64,000 nucleotides of DNA from Polyangiales bacterium (GTDB lineage Bacteria; Myxococcota_A; Polyangia; Polyangiales; Polyangiaceae), in assembly GCA_038231275.1 (NCBI GenBank), contig JBBRLQ010000019.1, positions 88,803 to 152,802 of the forward strand. The letters run 5' to 3'. The stretch's first letter is position 1; each line of letters begins with the position of its first letter. This document shows, in pieces, positions 19,098-28,394 of the stretch. A program made the position numbers and the translations under genes. The notes beneath the pieces are model-generated. The model was not told where the DNA came from. It made no database searches and was given only the letters and a program-made list of their open reading frames with translations.

Positions 19098-20096
19098 GTG
19101 GCTTTCGTGAAGATCACGGTCCTTGGTGCAGGCTACATGGGCAGCGCGATGGCCACGGTCGCGCGGATGTGCGGGCACGATGTGCGGCTCTGGGGCACGT
19201 GGCTCGACGATCCGATGCTCGATCCCTGCGCGCGCGGCGAGCCGCACCCCCGCTTGAAGCTCACGCTCGACGGCATCGCGCTTCATCGCGCGGCGGATCT
19301 GGCGAAGGCGCTCGCGGGGGCGGAGCTCGTCGTGCACGCCGTCAACTCGGACGGCGTCGTGCCGGTGATGACGAAGGCGGCGGCGCTTCTGCCCGACGTG
19401 CCGATCCTCAGCGTGACGAAGGGCTTCCTCGAGGCGAAGGGCGGCAAGATGGACCGCATCGATCTCGTCGCGAGCGAGGTCGCCGGGCGGCATCTCCGCT
19501 TCGTCCACGCCGGCGGCCCCGCGAAGGCGATCGAGATCGCGCGCCGCGTGCTGACGCTGATGCAGTTCGCGGGCGCCGACGCGGCGGTTTGCGCCGAGGC
19601 GTTCGCGGCGCCGCACATGCGCATCGCGAAGACCGACGACATCGCCGGAGCCGAAATTTGCTCGGCACTCAAGAACGCCTACGCGACGGGGCTCGGGCTG
19701 TGGGATGGGTTGGTCGGCAAGGACGCCCACAACGCGCGCGCGGCTTGTTTTTCCCAGGGGATTTGGGAGATGCGAAAGCTCGCGATCGCCGCCGGAGGTC
19801 GCGAGGAGACGGTGTTCGGCGCGGCCGGCGTGGGCGATCTTCACGTGACCGCCGCCGGTGGGCGCAATCGCGCGTTCGGCGAGCGCGTCGGGCAGGGGCG
19901 AAAGGCCGCCGACGTCGCGCGCGAGATGCTCGCGGTCGGCGAGCTGACGGAGGGCTACCCGGCCATCAAAACGGCGTGGCGCTTCGCCGCCGAGCGCGGC
20001 GTCCGCGACTTGCCTCTTCTCGAGGCGCTCCACGCCGTCATTTGGGAGGACGCGGAGCCCCGCAAGACGCTCGAGGCCGTCCGCCTCTACGTCTGA
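19098..20096 (+). CDS. NAD(P)H-dependent glycerol-3-phosphate dehydrogenase family protein (divergent GpsA-like)
   Basis: GAGYMG Rossmann motif, SVTKG, ALKN, GVGDL..T..GGRN, EGY. Confidence 0.85.
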   Translation: MAFVKITVLGAGYMGSAMATVARMCGHDVRLWGTWLDDPMLDPCARGEPHPRLKLTLDGIALHRAADLAKALAGAELVVHAVNSDGVVPVMTKAAALLPDVPILSVTKGFLEAKGGKMDRIDLVASEVAGRHLRFVHAGGPAKAIEIARRVLTLMQFAGADAAVCAEAFAAPHMRIAKTDDIAGAEICSALKNAYATGLGLWDGLVGKDAHNARAACFSQGIWEMRKLAIAAGGREETVFGAAGVGDLHVTAAGGRNRAFGERVGQGRKAADVAREMLAVGELTEGYPAIKTAWRFAAERGVRDLPLLEALHAVIWEDAEPRKTLEAVRLYV

Positions 20097-20104
20097 GAAA
20101 TTCG

Positions 20105-20533
20105 TTAGCCAGCCAACGAATTCAGTGATGCTCGGCGCTCGAGCTCGGCGACGAGCGCGTCGTAGCCATCGAGGCCGTCGGTGATCCAATAACGTCCGCG
20201 CCACGCGCCCGCGGGGACGACGCGGACGAGCACCCGATCTCGCACGAGGAAGCGCCGAACGCGGACGCGCGCGACGTCGCACCACGCGAACACGTGCGTT
20301 CGTCCGTACGCCGAGAACGCGATCGCGTCGTCCGTCACCTCCACGCGGCTCGGGAAATGAAGCGTCACGAGGCCCCACGCGAGCGACGCGATCGCGCCGA
20401 TGGCGAGCGCCGCGCCCCACGGCCCGCCCGTCCACGCCGCCAGCGCGAGCGCCACGAGCACGATTCCGTCCTGCAAGAGCACGCGCGTCCAGAACCGCCC
20501 GCGGCTGTACGCGCAGCGCAGCGGGGCCATCAT
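20105..20533 (-). CDS. hypothetical membrane protein (two TM helices plus possible PH-like beta domain)
   Basis: ATG overlaps the EIIB stop; two hydrophobic segments then a beta-rich region. Confidence 0.6.
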   Translation of the reverse strand: MMAPLRCAYSRGRFWTRVLLQDGIVLVALALAAWTGGPWGAALAIGAIASLAWGLVTLHFPSRVEVTDDAIAFSAYGRTHVFAWCDVARVRVRRFLVRDRVLVRVVPAGAWRGRYWITDGLDGYDALVAELERRASLNSLAG

Positions 20534-20811
20534 CCCCCGAGGAGCTTGGCGATCTTCTCGACGTCCGCGTCGATGCCGATCCCCGTGAGGAAGCTGAGCG
20601 TCCGCACGATGGGCTTGCCGCGCGTGTCGTCGACCTCGGTGGTGGAGACGATGAGATCGTACCCAGCGGCCTTGCTTCCGACCTCCGACGCCTTGCACTG
20701 ATCGATCGCCACCACGAGGCCGCGTGCCTTGAGCTTCTCTTCGAGCTTCTTCGCGACGACGGTGGAGGTCGCGATGGCGGTGCCGCACGCGACCAGGATC
20801 TTCTTCGTCAT
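20530..20811 (-). CDS. gatB: PTS galactitol-family EIIB component
   Basis: MTKKILVACGTAIATST phospho-Cys loop, FLTGIG; 93 aa; start overlaps the EI stop. Confidence 0.9.
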   Translation of the reverse strand: MTKKILVACGTAIATSTVVAKKLEEKLKARGLVVAIDQCKASEVGSKAAGYDLIVSTTEVDDTRGKPIVRTLSFLTGIGIDADVEKIAKLLGG

Positions 20812-22595
20812 CCCCCTTGCATAGCCGCTCGCGCCTCGCGGGCGCAATCGTCCTTCGTCGCGGCGGCGAGGGCGCGGCGCACTCCGGCGATCCGCGTCGG
20901 GGTCACGCTGAGCGCGTCGACTCCGAGCCCGACGAGCGCGCGAGCGCCGCCTGGGTCTCCGGCGAGCTCCCCGCATACGGTGACCGTGCGCCCGGCGGCG
21001 TGCGCAGCGTCCACGACCTTCGCCACCAGCACGAAGATCCGCGGATCGTGCGAGAGCCCGCTCGTCTCGCGCACCTGACCCAGGACGGCGGCGGAGAGAT
21101 CGTTCGTGCCGATGCACACGAAGTCGGCCGCACGCGCGATCGAGGGCGCGAGGGCGACCGCCTCCGGCGTCTCGATCATCGCGCCGACCTGCGTCTCGGC
21201 GGGCGCGAGAGCACGCACCTTCTCGATGTCCTCGGCGCATCGCACCAGCGGCAACAGCACCTTCGCGCCTGCGCGTCCAAGCGCGCGGACCTGGGCCGCG
21301 AGCACCTCCGGATGCAAGAAGAGGAGCTCCATGCCGCGCGCGTCGCGCCCCTCCGGCGATTTGAGCCACGGCAGCGGCTTGTCGCCCCCTGCGTCGTAGA
21401 GCCGAGCTACCACGGGCTGCCCCGCGGCGCGCGTGATGATCGTCAGCGCGGCGGCGTGCTGCTCGGCTTCGCTGGGGGCCGCGCGCCGCCCCGCGAACAC
21501 GAGCTCCGTCCGCAAGAGGCCGACACCCTCGGCGCCAGGTGGCAGCTGCTCGCGGAGCGACGAGACGTTCGCGCGCACGTGGACGCCGAGGTGTGTGAGG
21601 GGCGCCGCGACCGCCGCCGCCGCCGCCTCGCGCGCGACCACGTGCTCGGCGCGTCGCCTCCTCGCGTCGTCGACCAGCGTCTCGCTCGGCGACGGCCACA
21701 CGTTCGCCGGCGAGGTGGTCGTGTCGAGGACCACCAGCTCGCCTTCGTCGATCTGCGCCAGCACGAACGAGGGAACGAACGCGAGCGGCAGCCCGCGCCC
21801 GCGCGCCAGGATCGCGGCATGCGACGTGAACCCCGCCGTCTGCGCCCCGTCGTCGTCGAGCGCCGCCAGCACCCCCACGATCTCCTTGGGGAGCGACGCA
21901 ACGAGCGACGGCGTGACCAGCTCGGCGACGAGCACGGTATCGGCCGACAGCCCGACGAGCCGCGCGTCGCCGCCCCGCGGTCGGAGCGCGTCCAGGAGGC
22001 GCGCGCGGGCGTCGAGGATCAAGTCGGTGGGCACCGCGGAGGTCGCCGCTTGGATCGCCGCCAAGAAGCCCTTTCCCTCGGCGAGCTGCGCACGCACGGC
22101 CGTCTCCAGATCGCCGAGGATGTGGACCTCTGGCTCGAACAGCGCGCCCTCGCGCGGTGGCAGCGTCGCGATGAGCGCGGCGAGCGATGCGTGTGCGCGC
22201 GCGAAGATCTCGCGCACGCGCTCCGCCGGATCGCCATCCGCGACGTCCTCTGCGGCCTCGGCCTCGGCGTCGACTGTCACGACGAGCGCGTGCCCGATCG
22301 CGATCCCTTCCACTGCCGACGCGCCGGTCTCCGGCACGAGATCGGCGACGAACCCACGCAGGATCAGCTCTTCGATCGCGGCGAGCGCGTCGGCGGCACC
22401 TTCTCCGGTCGCCGTGATCTCGATCTCGTCGCCGGTCGCCGCGCCGAGCGAGAGCACCTCGAGGATCTTCGCCGCGCTCGCCCGCTTTTCGCCGCGCGCG
22501 ATCGTGATCGCCGCGGCGAAGCGCTGCGCGAGGCGGACGAGGCGGTTCGCGGGCCGCGCGTGCAGCGCCTCGGGAAGGCGCACGCGCACCGTCAC
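20808..22595 (-). CDS. ptsP: HPr-Enzyme I fusion (PEP-protein phosphotransferase)
   Basis: HPr LHARPA; EI TSHAAILAR, GVGLLRTE, GGDKP, MIETP, IGTNDL, VCGE; GTG start overlapping the EIIC stop. Confidence 0.9.
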   Translation of the reverse strand: MTVRVRLPEALHARPANRLVRLAQRFAAAITIARGEKRASAAKILEVLSLGAATGDEIEITATGEGAADALAAIEELILRGFVADLVPETGASAVEGIAIGHALVVTVDAEAEAAEDVADGDPAERVREIFARAHASLAALIATLPPREGALFEPEVHILGDLETAVRAQLAEGKGFLAAIQAATSAVPTDLILDARARLLDALRPRGGDARLVGLSADTVLVAELVTPSLVASLPKEIVGVLAALDDDGAQTAGFTSHAAILARGRGLPLAFVPSFVLAQIDEGELVVLDTTTSPANVWPSPSETLVDDARRRRAEHVVAREAAAAAVAAPLTHLGVHVRANVSSLREQLPPGAEGVGLLRTELVFAGRRAAPSEAEQHAAALTIITRAAGQPVVARLYDAGGDKPLPWLKSPEGRDARGMELLFLHPEVLAAQVRALGRAGAKVLLPLVRCAEDIEKVRALAPAETQVGAMIETPEAVALAPSIARAADFVCIGTNDLSAAVLGQVRETSGLSHDPRIFVLVAKVVDAAHAAGRTVTVCGELAGDPGGARALVGLGVDALSVTPTRIAGVRRALAAATKDDCAREARAAMQGG

Positions 22596-24004
22596 GCGCC
22601 GTCCTTCTTCACGAACTGCGCACGCACGTCGCCGCGCACCCACCACCAGACCGCGCCGTACCCCACCGCCGCCGCGAGCCCCATCCAGAACCCCGGCGTC
22701 CCCGGTAAGAAGAGCTGGAGGACGATCCACGGCACGACGTGGCTCCCGAGCGCGACGCCCGACCACAGCCCATACTGAGCCGCGGTGCCGCCGAGCCCTT
22801 CGGGCCGGAAGCCTGCGGCCTGCGCGAGCTGGGTCGTGAGCGGCCCGAGGCTCGTGCCGATCCAGAGGATGCACGCGACGATGATCACTGCGTTGATGAG
22901 CCCGCGCACCATGTTGCCGCGCGACGCGGCGACACCCCACAGAACATAAAAGGGGAGGGCGGCGAGATCGCCGAAGGGCAGCATACGGTTGCCGGGAAGA
23001 ATCACCGCGAGGAGCAGCGCGATCGGCACGCAGAGGAGCGCGATCGCCATGTTTGCCGGGTGGCCGATGACGACCGCCGCGTCGAGGCCGATGAGCACGT
23101 CACGCCCCGGAAAGCGCTTTTGCAAATAGTCGCGCGCCCCTTCACTGATCGGGATGAGCCCCTCCATCAGGATCGCGACGACCTTGGGCAGAACGACGAG
23201 CACCGCCGACATCGTAACCGCGAGGGTGAGGACCTCTTTGGTCCACGCGCCGTATTTTCCGGCCTTCCAGAGGTTCACCGCGCCGAGCGCGCCGATGAGC
23301 ACGCCGAGGATCGCGCCCATGAGGATCGGCTCGCCGAGGATGCCGAGGCGCCTGCGAATGGCCGCGGGATCCGCCTCGACCTTCGCGAGGAACGGGATGC
23401 GCCGCTCGATGCGCTCCAGCGCGAACATCAGCGGCGCCCAGTTCACCGTCTCGGTGTGCGGGAGCGAAATTCCGGGCAGGCCGAAGTGGTGCTCCACCGC
23501 CGGCGCCGTCCAATCGGCGAGCTTGAAGACGACGAGCGCCGTGATGCACGCGCCGAGGACGCCGAGCGCCATCGAGTGCGTCGCCGCGTGGATGAGCGCG
23601 CCGGTGTAGATGAAGTGCCAGTAATTCCACAGATCGACGTCGATCGTGCGCGTGACCTTGGTGACCACGAGGACGGCGTTCAGGGCGAGCACGGTCGGGA
23701 TGAGCGCGGCGGCGATCGGCGACGCGAACGACACCGCGGCCCCCATCGGCCACCCGACGTCGAGGATGTCGAGCTTCACGCCGAGCACGTCGGCGAACGC
23801 CATCGCCTTCGGCCCGACGACCCCCACGAGCAGGTTCACGACGAGGCCGACGGCGATGAAGCCGACGCCGACGGTGAGTCCTGCGCGGAAGGATTTTGCG
23901 AAGCCTTGCTTCAGCGCGAGGCCCAGGAGCGTGATGAGGATGGGCATCATCACCGGCGCGCCCAAATCGAGGACGTACCGGACGCCGTGGTCGAGCGACT
24001 CCAT
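22592..24004 (-). CDS. gatC: PTS galactitol-family EIIC permease
   Basis: DVGWP, DVDLWNYWH, IGLD and LPGNRMLPFGDLA GatC-family motifs; many TM helices. Confidence 0.92.
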   Translation of the reverse strand: MESLDHGVRYVLDLGAPVMMPILITLLGLALKQGFAKSFRAGLTVGVGFIAVGLVVNLLVGVVGPKAMAFADVLGVKLDILDVGWPMGAAVSFASPIAAALIPTVLALNAVLVVTKVTRTIDVDLWNYWHFIYTGALIHAATHSMALGVLGACITALVVFKLADWTAPAVEHHFGLPGISLPHTETVNWAPLMFALERIERRIPFLAKVEADPAAIRRRLGILGEPILMGAILGVLIGALGAVNLWKAGKYGAWTKEVLTLAVTMSAVLVVLPKVVAILMEGLIPISEGARDYLQKRFPGRDVLIGLDAAVVIGHPANMAIALLCVPIALLLAVILPGNRMLPFGDLAALPFYVLWGVAASRGNMVRGLINAVIIVACILWIGTSLGPLTTQLAQAAGFRPEGLGGTAAQYGLWSGVALGSHVVPWIVLQLFLPGTPGFWMGLAAAVGYGAVWWWVRGDVRAQFVKKDGA

Positions 24005-24007
24005 CGT

Positions 24008-24484
24008 CTATGCCTCCCCGTCGGTGTTGCTTCCGCGGATCGCCGCGAGCATCGCGTCGGCCGTCGTCGCCGCCAGAAGGGCCGCGCGGAGCTTCTCGTC
24101 TTGAAGGAGCTCGAGGAGATCCGACAGGCCCGCGGCGGCCTGGTCCTTCGAGGTCAGCGCCGGCATGACGACGATGCGCGCGTCGAGCTGGATCTCCGGC
24201 GAGCCCATCTGCCGAAAGCGCACCGGGGTCGCGAGCAGCGCCACGGCGACGGCCGCGGTCTTCACGTGCTGAGGCTCGGCGTGCGGGAGCCCGATCGGCG
24301 CGTCGGGGAAGGGGAGACCGGTCGGCGATTTCTTCTCGCGCTGCACCGCAGCCGCCTCGAACGACGGGAGCACGTGCCCTTTTTCTGCGAGGAGACGCGC
24401 CAGCGCACGAATCGCCTGCTCCGCGTTCGCCGCCACGAGGCCCGGAACGCAGAGCTCCGCGGAGAAGAGCGCGCGCGCTCCCAC
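24008..24484 (-). CDS. gatA: PTS EIIA component (Fru/Mtl/Gat type)
   Basis: QREKKSPTGL, IGLPHA (phospho-His), PVRFRQM. Confidence 0.88.
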   Translation of the reverse strand: MGARALFSAELCVPGLVAANAEQAIRALARLLAEKGHVLPSFEAAAVQREKKSPTGLPFPDAPIGLPHAEPQHVKTAAVAVALLATPVRFRQMGSPEIQLDARIVVMPALTSKDQAAAGLSDLLELLQDEKLRAALLAATTADAMLAAIRGSNTDGEA

Positions 24485-24488
24485 GGGA

Positions 24489-25172
24489 CTACGCCGCCTC
24501 GAGGTGCTTTTTGAGGAACGACACCGCGCGGCCCCAGGCGACCTTCGCCGCCGCCGCGTCGTACACCTCGGGGCGCGCGTCGTTCATGAACGCGTGCTCG
24601 GCGTCGTAGAGGTGGACCTCCATCGGCACGTGCTTAGCGTCGAGCTTCTCCTTCAGAGCGAGGGCGAGCTCCGGCTTGGCCCAGCGGTCGGTCTTCGAGA
24701 AATGCGCCTGCACCGGGATGGCGATCGTGTCGAGCTTCGCCTTCGCGGGATCAGGGATTCCGTAGAACGGCACCGCGGCCGAGAGGCCGGAGACCATCGA
24801 GGCGGCGCTGAACGCGTACGCGCCCCCCATGCAGAACCCGAGGATGCCGACCTTGCCGTTGCCACGTGTGTGCGCCGCCAGGAAGTCGACGGCGCCCGCG
24901 ACCTCGGAGCCGGCTTGATCGCGATCAAGCGACGTCATCAGTCCGCTCGCCTCCTCGGCCGTCTTGGCGATGACACCGTGGTAGAGGTCGGGCGCGAGGA
25001 CGAGGAAGCCTTCCGCCGCCAGCCGTTCGGCGACGCTCACGACGTGCGCGTTCAACCCCCAGTACTCCTGGACGAGCACGACCGCGGGCGCTTTGCCGCT
25101 GCCGGGTGGCTCCGCGACGACACCGTCCGCAGCCTTGCCGTTCCGCGCCGTGAAGGGTGTGCGTTGGCTCAT
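24489..25172 (-). CDS. dienelactone hydrolase family protein
   Basis: QEYWGLN, APDLY, GFCMGG, AEHAFMN. Confidence 0.92.
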   Translation of the reverse strand: MSQRTPFTARNGKAADGVVAEPPGSGKAPAVVLVQEYWGLNAHVVSVAERLAAEGFLVLAPDLYHGVIAKTAEEASGLMTSLDRDQAGSEVAGAVDFLAAHTRGNGKVGILGFCMGGAYAFSAASMVSGLSAAVPFYGIPDPAKAKLDTIAIPVQAHFSKTDRWAKPELALALKEKLDAKHVPMEVHLYDAEHAFMNDARPEVYDAAAAKVAWGRAVSFLKKHLEAA

Positions 25173-25220
25173 GCGCCCGCGAGGATACACAGAGTGGTAA
25201 CGTATGAGGAAGAGGTCGCG

Positions 25221-25610
25221 ATGAAAGTCACGTCGGCGTTCGTTCTCGTGGGGCTATTCGGTCTGGTGGCCCTCGGATGCGACAAGAAGTCGGACGATCC
25301 GCGCGCGTCCACGACGGCGGCGGTGGCGTCGGCCACGGCAGCGGGCACCCGCGCGATCCCGATCGCAGTCGACGCCAAGGGCTTCACCCCGAGCTCGGTC
25401 GACGTCAAAAAGAGCGAGAAGGTGCAGCTCGTCTTCACGCGCACGAGCGACGAGACGTGCGCGAAAGAGGTCGTCTTCCCGGACATCGGCCTCAAGAAGG
25501 ACCTGCCACTCAACAAGGCCGTCGTCGTCGACGTGCCCACCGACTCCGCGCGAACCCTGACGTTTCAGTGCGGAATGGCGATGTACAAGAGCAAGGTCGT
25601 CATCAATTAG
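25221..25610 (+). CDS. cupredoxin-like domain lipoprotein
   Basis: Lipobox ALGC; GFTPS, TCAKEVVFP and FQCGMAM motifs; ATG 25221 with GAGG upstream. Confidence 0.85.
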   Translation: MKVTSAFVLVGLFGLVALGCDKKSDDPRASTTAAVASATAAGTRAIPIAVDAKGFTPSSVDVKKSEKVQLVFTRTSDETCAKEVVFPDIGLKKDLPLNKAVVVDVPTDSARTLTFQCGMAMYKSKVVIN

Positions 25611-25643
25611 AGCGGAAGTCGTTCGACCGTCGCGGGCAAACGA

Positions 25644-26933
25644 CTACGCGACGGCGCGAACACTCTCGAGCAAAATCCCGAGGAGCTCGTCGAGATCGAC
25701 GTCGGAGATGACCAACGGCGGGCACACGTACACAGTGTCGCCGAGCGGGCGCAAATACGCGCCGCGGCGGAGCGCCTCCTCGTAAACGCGCCACCCGAGG
25801 CCGCCGTGGTATCCGGTCGCGCCTCCGAGATCGGCCGCGCCGATCATTCCAATGGTGCGCACGCGTGCCACGTTCGGTAGCTCGCGGATCTTCGCGAACC
25901 CCGCCTCGATGCGCCGCGCGAGCCGGGCCGCACGCGCGACGATGGCCTCGTCCTCGTACACGCGCAGCACCTCGCGCGCGACGGCAGCGCCGAGCGGATT
26001 TCCACAGAACGTGTGCCCGTAGTTGAGCGCGCGGCTCTTGTCGCCGCGAAACGCGTCGAAGACCGGCTCGGTCGTCAGCGCGGCGGCCATCGGGAAGAGC
26101 GGCGAGAACACCTTTCCGATGCACATGATGTCGGGCGAGACGCCGGCGTGATCCATCGCCCACATGCGCCCGGTGCGGCCGTACCCCGCGAAGACCTCGT
26201 CGGCGACGAGGAGGACGTCGCAGCGATCGCAAAGCGCGCGGAGCTCCCGAAGGTACTCGGGCGCGTAGATGCGCATCCCCGCCGCGCCCTGGACGATCGG
26301 TTCGACGACCACCGCTGCGATTTCGTCCTTGTCGCGCTCGACGATGGCGGTGATGGCCTCGAACGCGCGGGCGTAGGCGTCCTCTTCGGGGAAGGGGGCG
26401 CGTGCGCACTCGAAGAGGACGCCCGCGAAGGGGCGGCGGAAGATCTCGACCCCGCCGAGGCTCGCCGCGCCGATCGAGTCGCCGTGGTACGCGCCGTCGA
26501 GCGCGACGAAGCGCGTCTTCTTCGGCGCGCCGAGCTGCCCCCAGAGCTGCACGCACATCTTCACGGCGACCTCGATCGCGGTCGAGCCGTTGTCCGTGTA
26601 AAATACACGGTTCAGGCCGGCGGGAGCGACGCGGCAAAGCTCGGTCGCGAGCGCTGCGGCGGGCTCGTGCGTGGTGCCGGCGAGCGAGCAGTGCGCGAGC
26701 GTCTTGGCTTGTCGCTCGAGCGCGGCGAGGAGCCTAGGGTGCCCGTGACCGAGCGCCGCGACCCACCACGAGCTGTTCCCGTCGAGGTACGCGCGGCCAT
26801 CGACGTCGTACAGCCTCACGCCCGACGCTCGCGCGACGACGAGCGGATCGCCGCCCGCGATGTACGCGTCCATCGGCGTGTAGGGATGCCAGACGTGCGC
26901 CTTGTCGGCGCGGACGATCGACGCGCGGTCCAC
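25644..26933 (-). CDS. bioA: adenosylmethionine-8-amino-7-oxononanoate transaminase
   Basis: VWHPYT, SSWW, YHGD, EPIVQGAAGM, DEV..GYGRTG, PDIMCIGK, LRPLG; GTG start with AGGAG RBS. Confidence 0.93.
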   Translation of the reverse strand: MDRASIVRADKAHVWHPYTPMDAYIAGGDPLVVARASGVRLYDVDGRAYLDGNSSWWVAALGHGHPRLLAALERQAKTLAHCSLAGTTHEPAAALATELCRVAPAGLNRVFYTDNGSTAIEVAVKMCVQLWGQLGAPKKTRFVALDGAYHGDSIGAASLGGVEIFRRPFAGVLFECARAPFPEEDAYARAFEAITAIVERDKDEIAAVVVEPIVQGAAGMRIYAPEYLRELRALCDRCDVLLVADEVFAGYGRTGRMWAMDHAGVSPDIMCIGKVFSPLFPMAAALTTEPVFDAFRGDKSRALNYGHTFCGNPLGAAVAREVLRVYEDEAIVARAARLARRIEAGFAKIRELPNVARVRTIGMIGAADLGGATGYHGGLGWRVYEEALRRGAYLRPLGDTVYVCPPLVISDVDLDELLGILLESVRAVA

Positions 26934-26934
26934 G

Positions 26935-28377
26935 TTAGACTCCTTTGGCCTGCGCGCTTGCGACGCGCCGACCGCTCCGCGAAGAAGCCTCGGGCGGCTC
27001 GCTGGTACGACCGAACGGCAAAAATACGGTCGCCGTCGTCCCCTCGCCGGCGCGGCTCTGGATGATGAAGCGGCCGCCGTGCGCCTCGATGATCCGATCG
27101 ACGATCGCGAGCCCGAGGCCGGTGCCGCTGGGCCGCGTCGTGAAGAACGGATCCTTGGCGCGCTTTCGCACCATCGTGTCCATGCCCTCGCCGGTGTCGA
27201 CCACGTCGACCGCGAGCCCGTCGGTGCCCTCGAGCGTCTCGGTGCGGAAGCGGACGGTGAGCTGACCTTCGCCTTCCATCGCTTGGACCGCGTTGTCGAT
27301 GAGGTTGTCGAACACCTGGCGCAAGTGGTTCGCGTCGGCCCACACGCGCGCGTCCTTGGCCTCGCGCTCGACGGCGACGGCGACTCCGGTCTGGCTTCGT
27401 GCGAGGCCGAGGGCGCGATCGACGAGATCATCCACGGCGAGCTGCGTGCGTTGGAGTGCGAGCGGGCGCGCGTAGCCGAGCAGATCGGTCACGAGCCGGT
27501 TCAGGCGCTCCACCTCTTCGTCGAGGATCCCGAGCAGCGTCGCCTGGTCCTCGCGCGGCACGCCCTCCTTCTTGAGGCCCGAGACCGCGTTCGCGACGAT
27601 CGCCAGCGGGTTTCGCACCTCGTGCGCGATCACCGCGGCGAGCTCGCCGACCACCGCGAGCTGCTCCTTTCGAACGAGCTCGAGCTGCGTCGAGCGAAGC
27701 TCCCCGTGCGAGCGGCGCAGCTCGCGGGAGCGCTCTCGGAGCGCGCGTCGGCTGCGATCGAGCTCGCTCGCGACGTCCCAGAACCGGCCGAGCAACAGCA
27801 ACGACAGACCGAAGACGAGCGCGACGAAGCCGATGAGCGTGAGCCCCGTCGTCTCGAGGAGCCCGAGGTACAGGCCGACGTCGTTCAGGATCGCCGCGAG
27901 GAGGACGACGCCGCCGACGACCACCGGGAACGCTTCGCGCCGCCCTTGCAAGTACGCGCGCGCGAAGATCCACAAGAACGCGCTCACGCCGGCCGCCGCC
28001 GTTAGCAGCGCGAGATCGAGCGCGACGCCTGCCCGATCGAGCGTCCCCTGCGTCGCCATCATCGCGACGATGGCGGCGGTCCCGTAGACGACGAGGAGCC
28101 AACGGCCGCGCCCCTTCAGCCGCCCGTAGTCGATCCCGAAGTGATCGACGAGGGCGACCGCAGGCGCGAGGGCCGCCGTCGCGAGCTGCCCCGCGAACGG
28201 CGCCGTCGTTCGGTTCGCGACGATGCGCGCCACCGCCGACACCAGCAGCGCCACGCACAAAAGCGCAAGGAGACGCAGCTCGGCGCGCCGTTGGCGCTGG
28301 AAGGCCAGCACCGCGTGCGCGCCGACGAACGCGAAGATTCCCGCCGCGAAAATGAGGGCGTCGTCGAGCAGATCCAA
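26935..28377 (-). CDS. membrane sensor histidine kinase
   Basis: Multi-TM N-terminus, H-box AHEVRNPL, N-box NAVQA, DTGEG, PFFTT, GTGLGL. Confidence 0.93.
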   Translation of the reverse strand: MDLLDDALIFAAGIFAFVGAHAVLAFQRQRRAELRLLALLCVALLVSAVARIVANRTTAPFAGQLATAALAPAVALVDHFGIDYGRLKGRGRWLLVVYGTAAIVAMMATQGTLDRAGVALDLALLTAAAGVSAFLWIFARAYLQGRREAFPVVVGGVVLLAAILNDVGLYLGLLETTGLTLIGFVALVFGLSLLLLGRFWDVASELDRSRRALRERSRELRRSHGELRSTQLELVRKEQLAVVGELAAVIAHEVRNPLAIVANAVSGLKKEGVPREDQATLLGILDEEVERLNRLVTDLLGYARPLALQRTQLAVDDLVDRALGLARSQTGVAVAVEREAKDARVWADANHLRQVFDNLIDNAVQAMEGEGQLTVRFRTETLEGTDGLAVDVVDTGEGMDTMVRKRAKDPFFTTRPSGTGLGLAIVDRIIEAHGGRFIIQSRAGEGTTATVFLPFGRTSEPPEASSRSGRRVASAQAKGV

Positions 28378-28394
28378 CGCCTGCGCAGACTACA

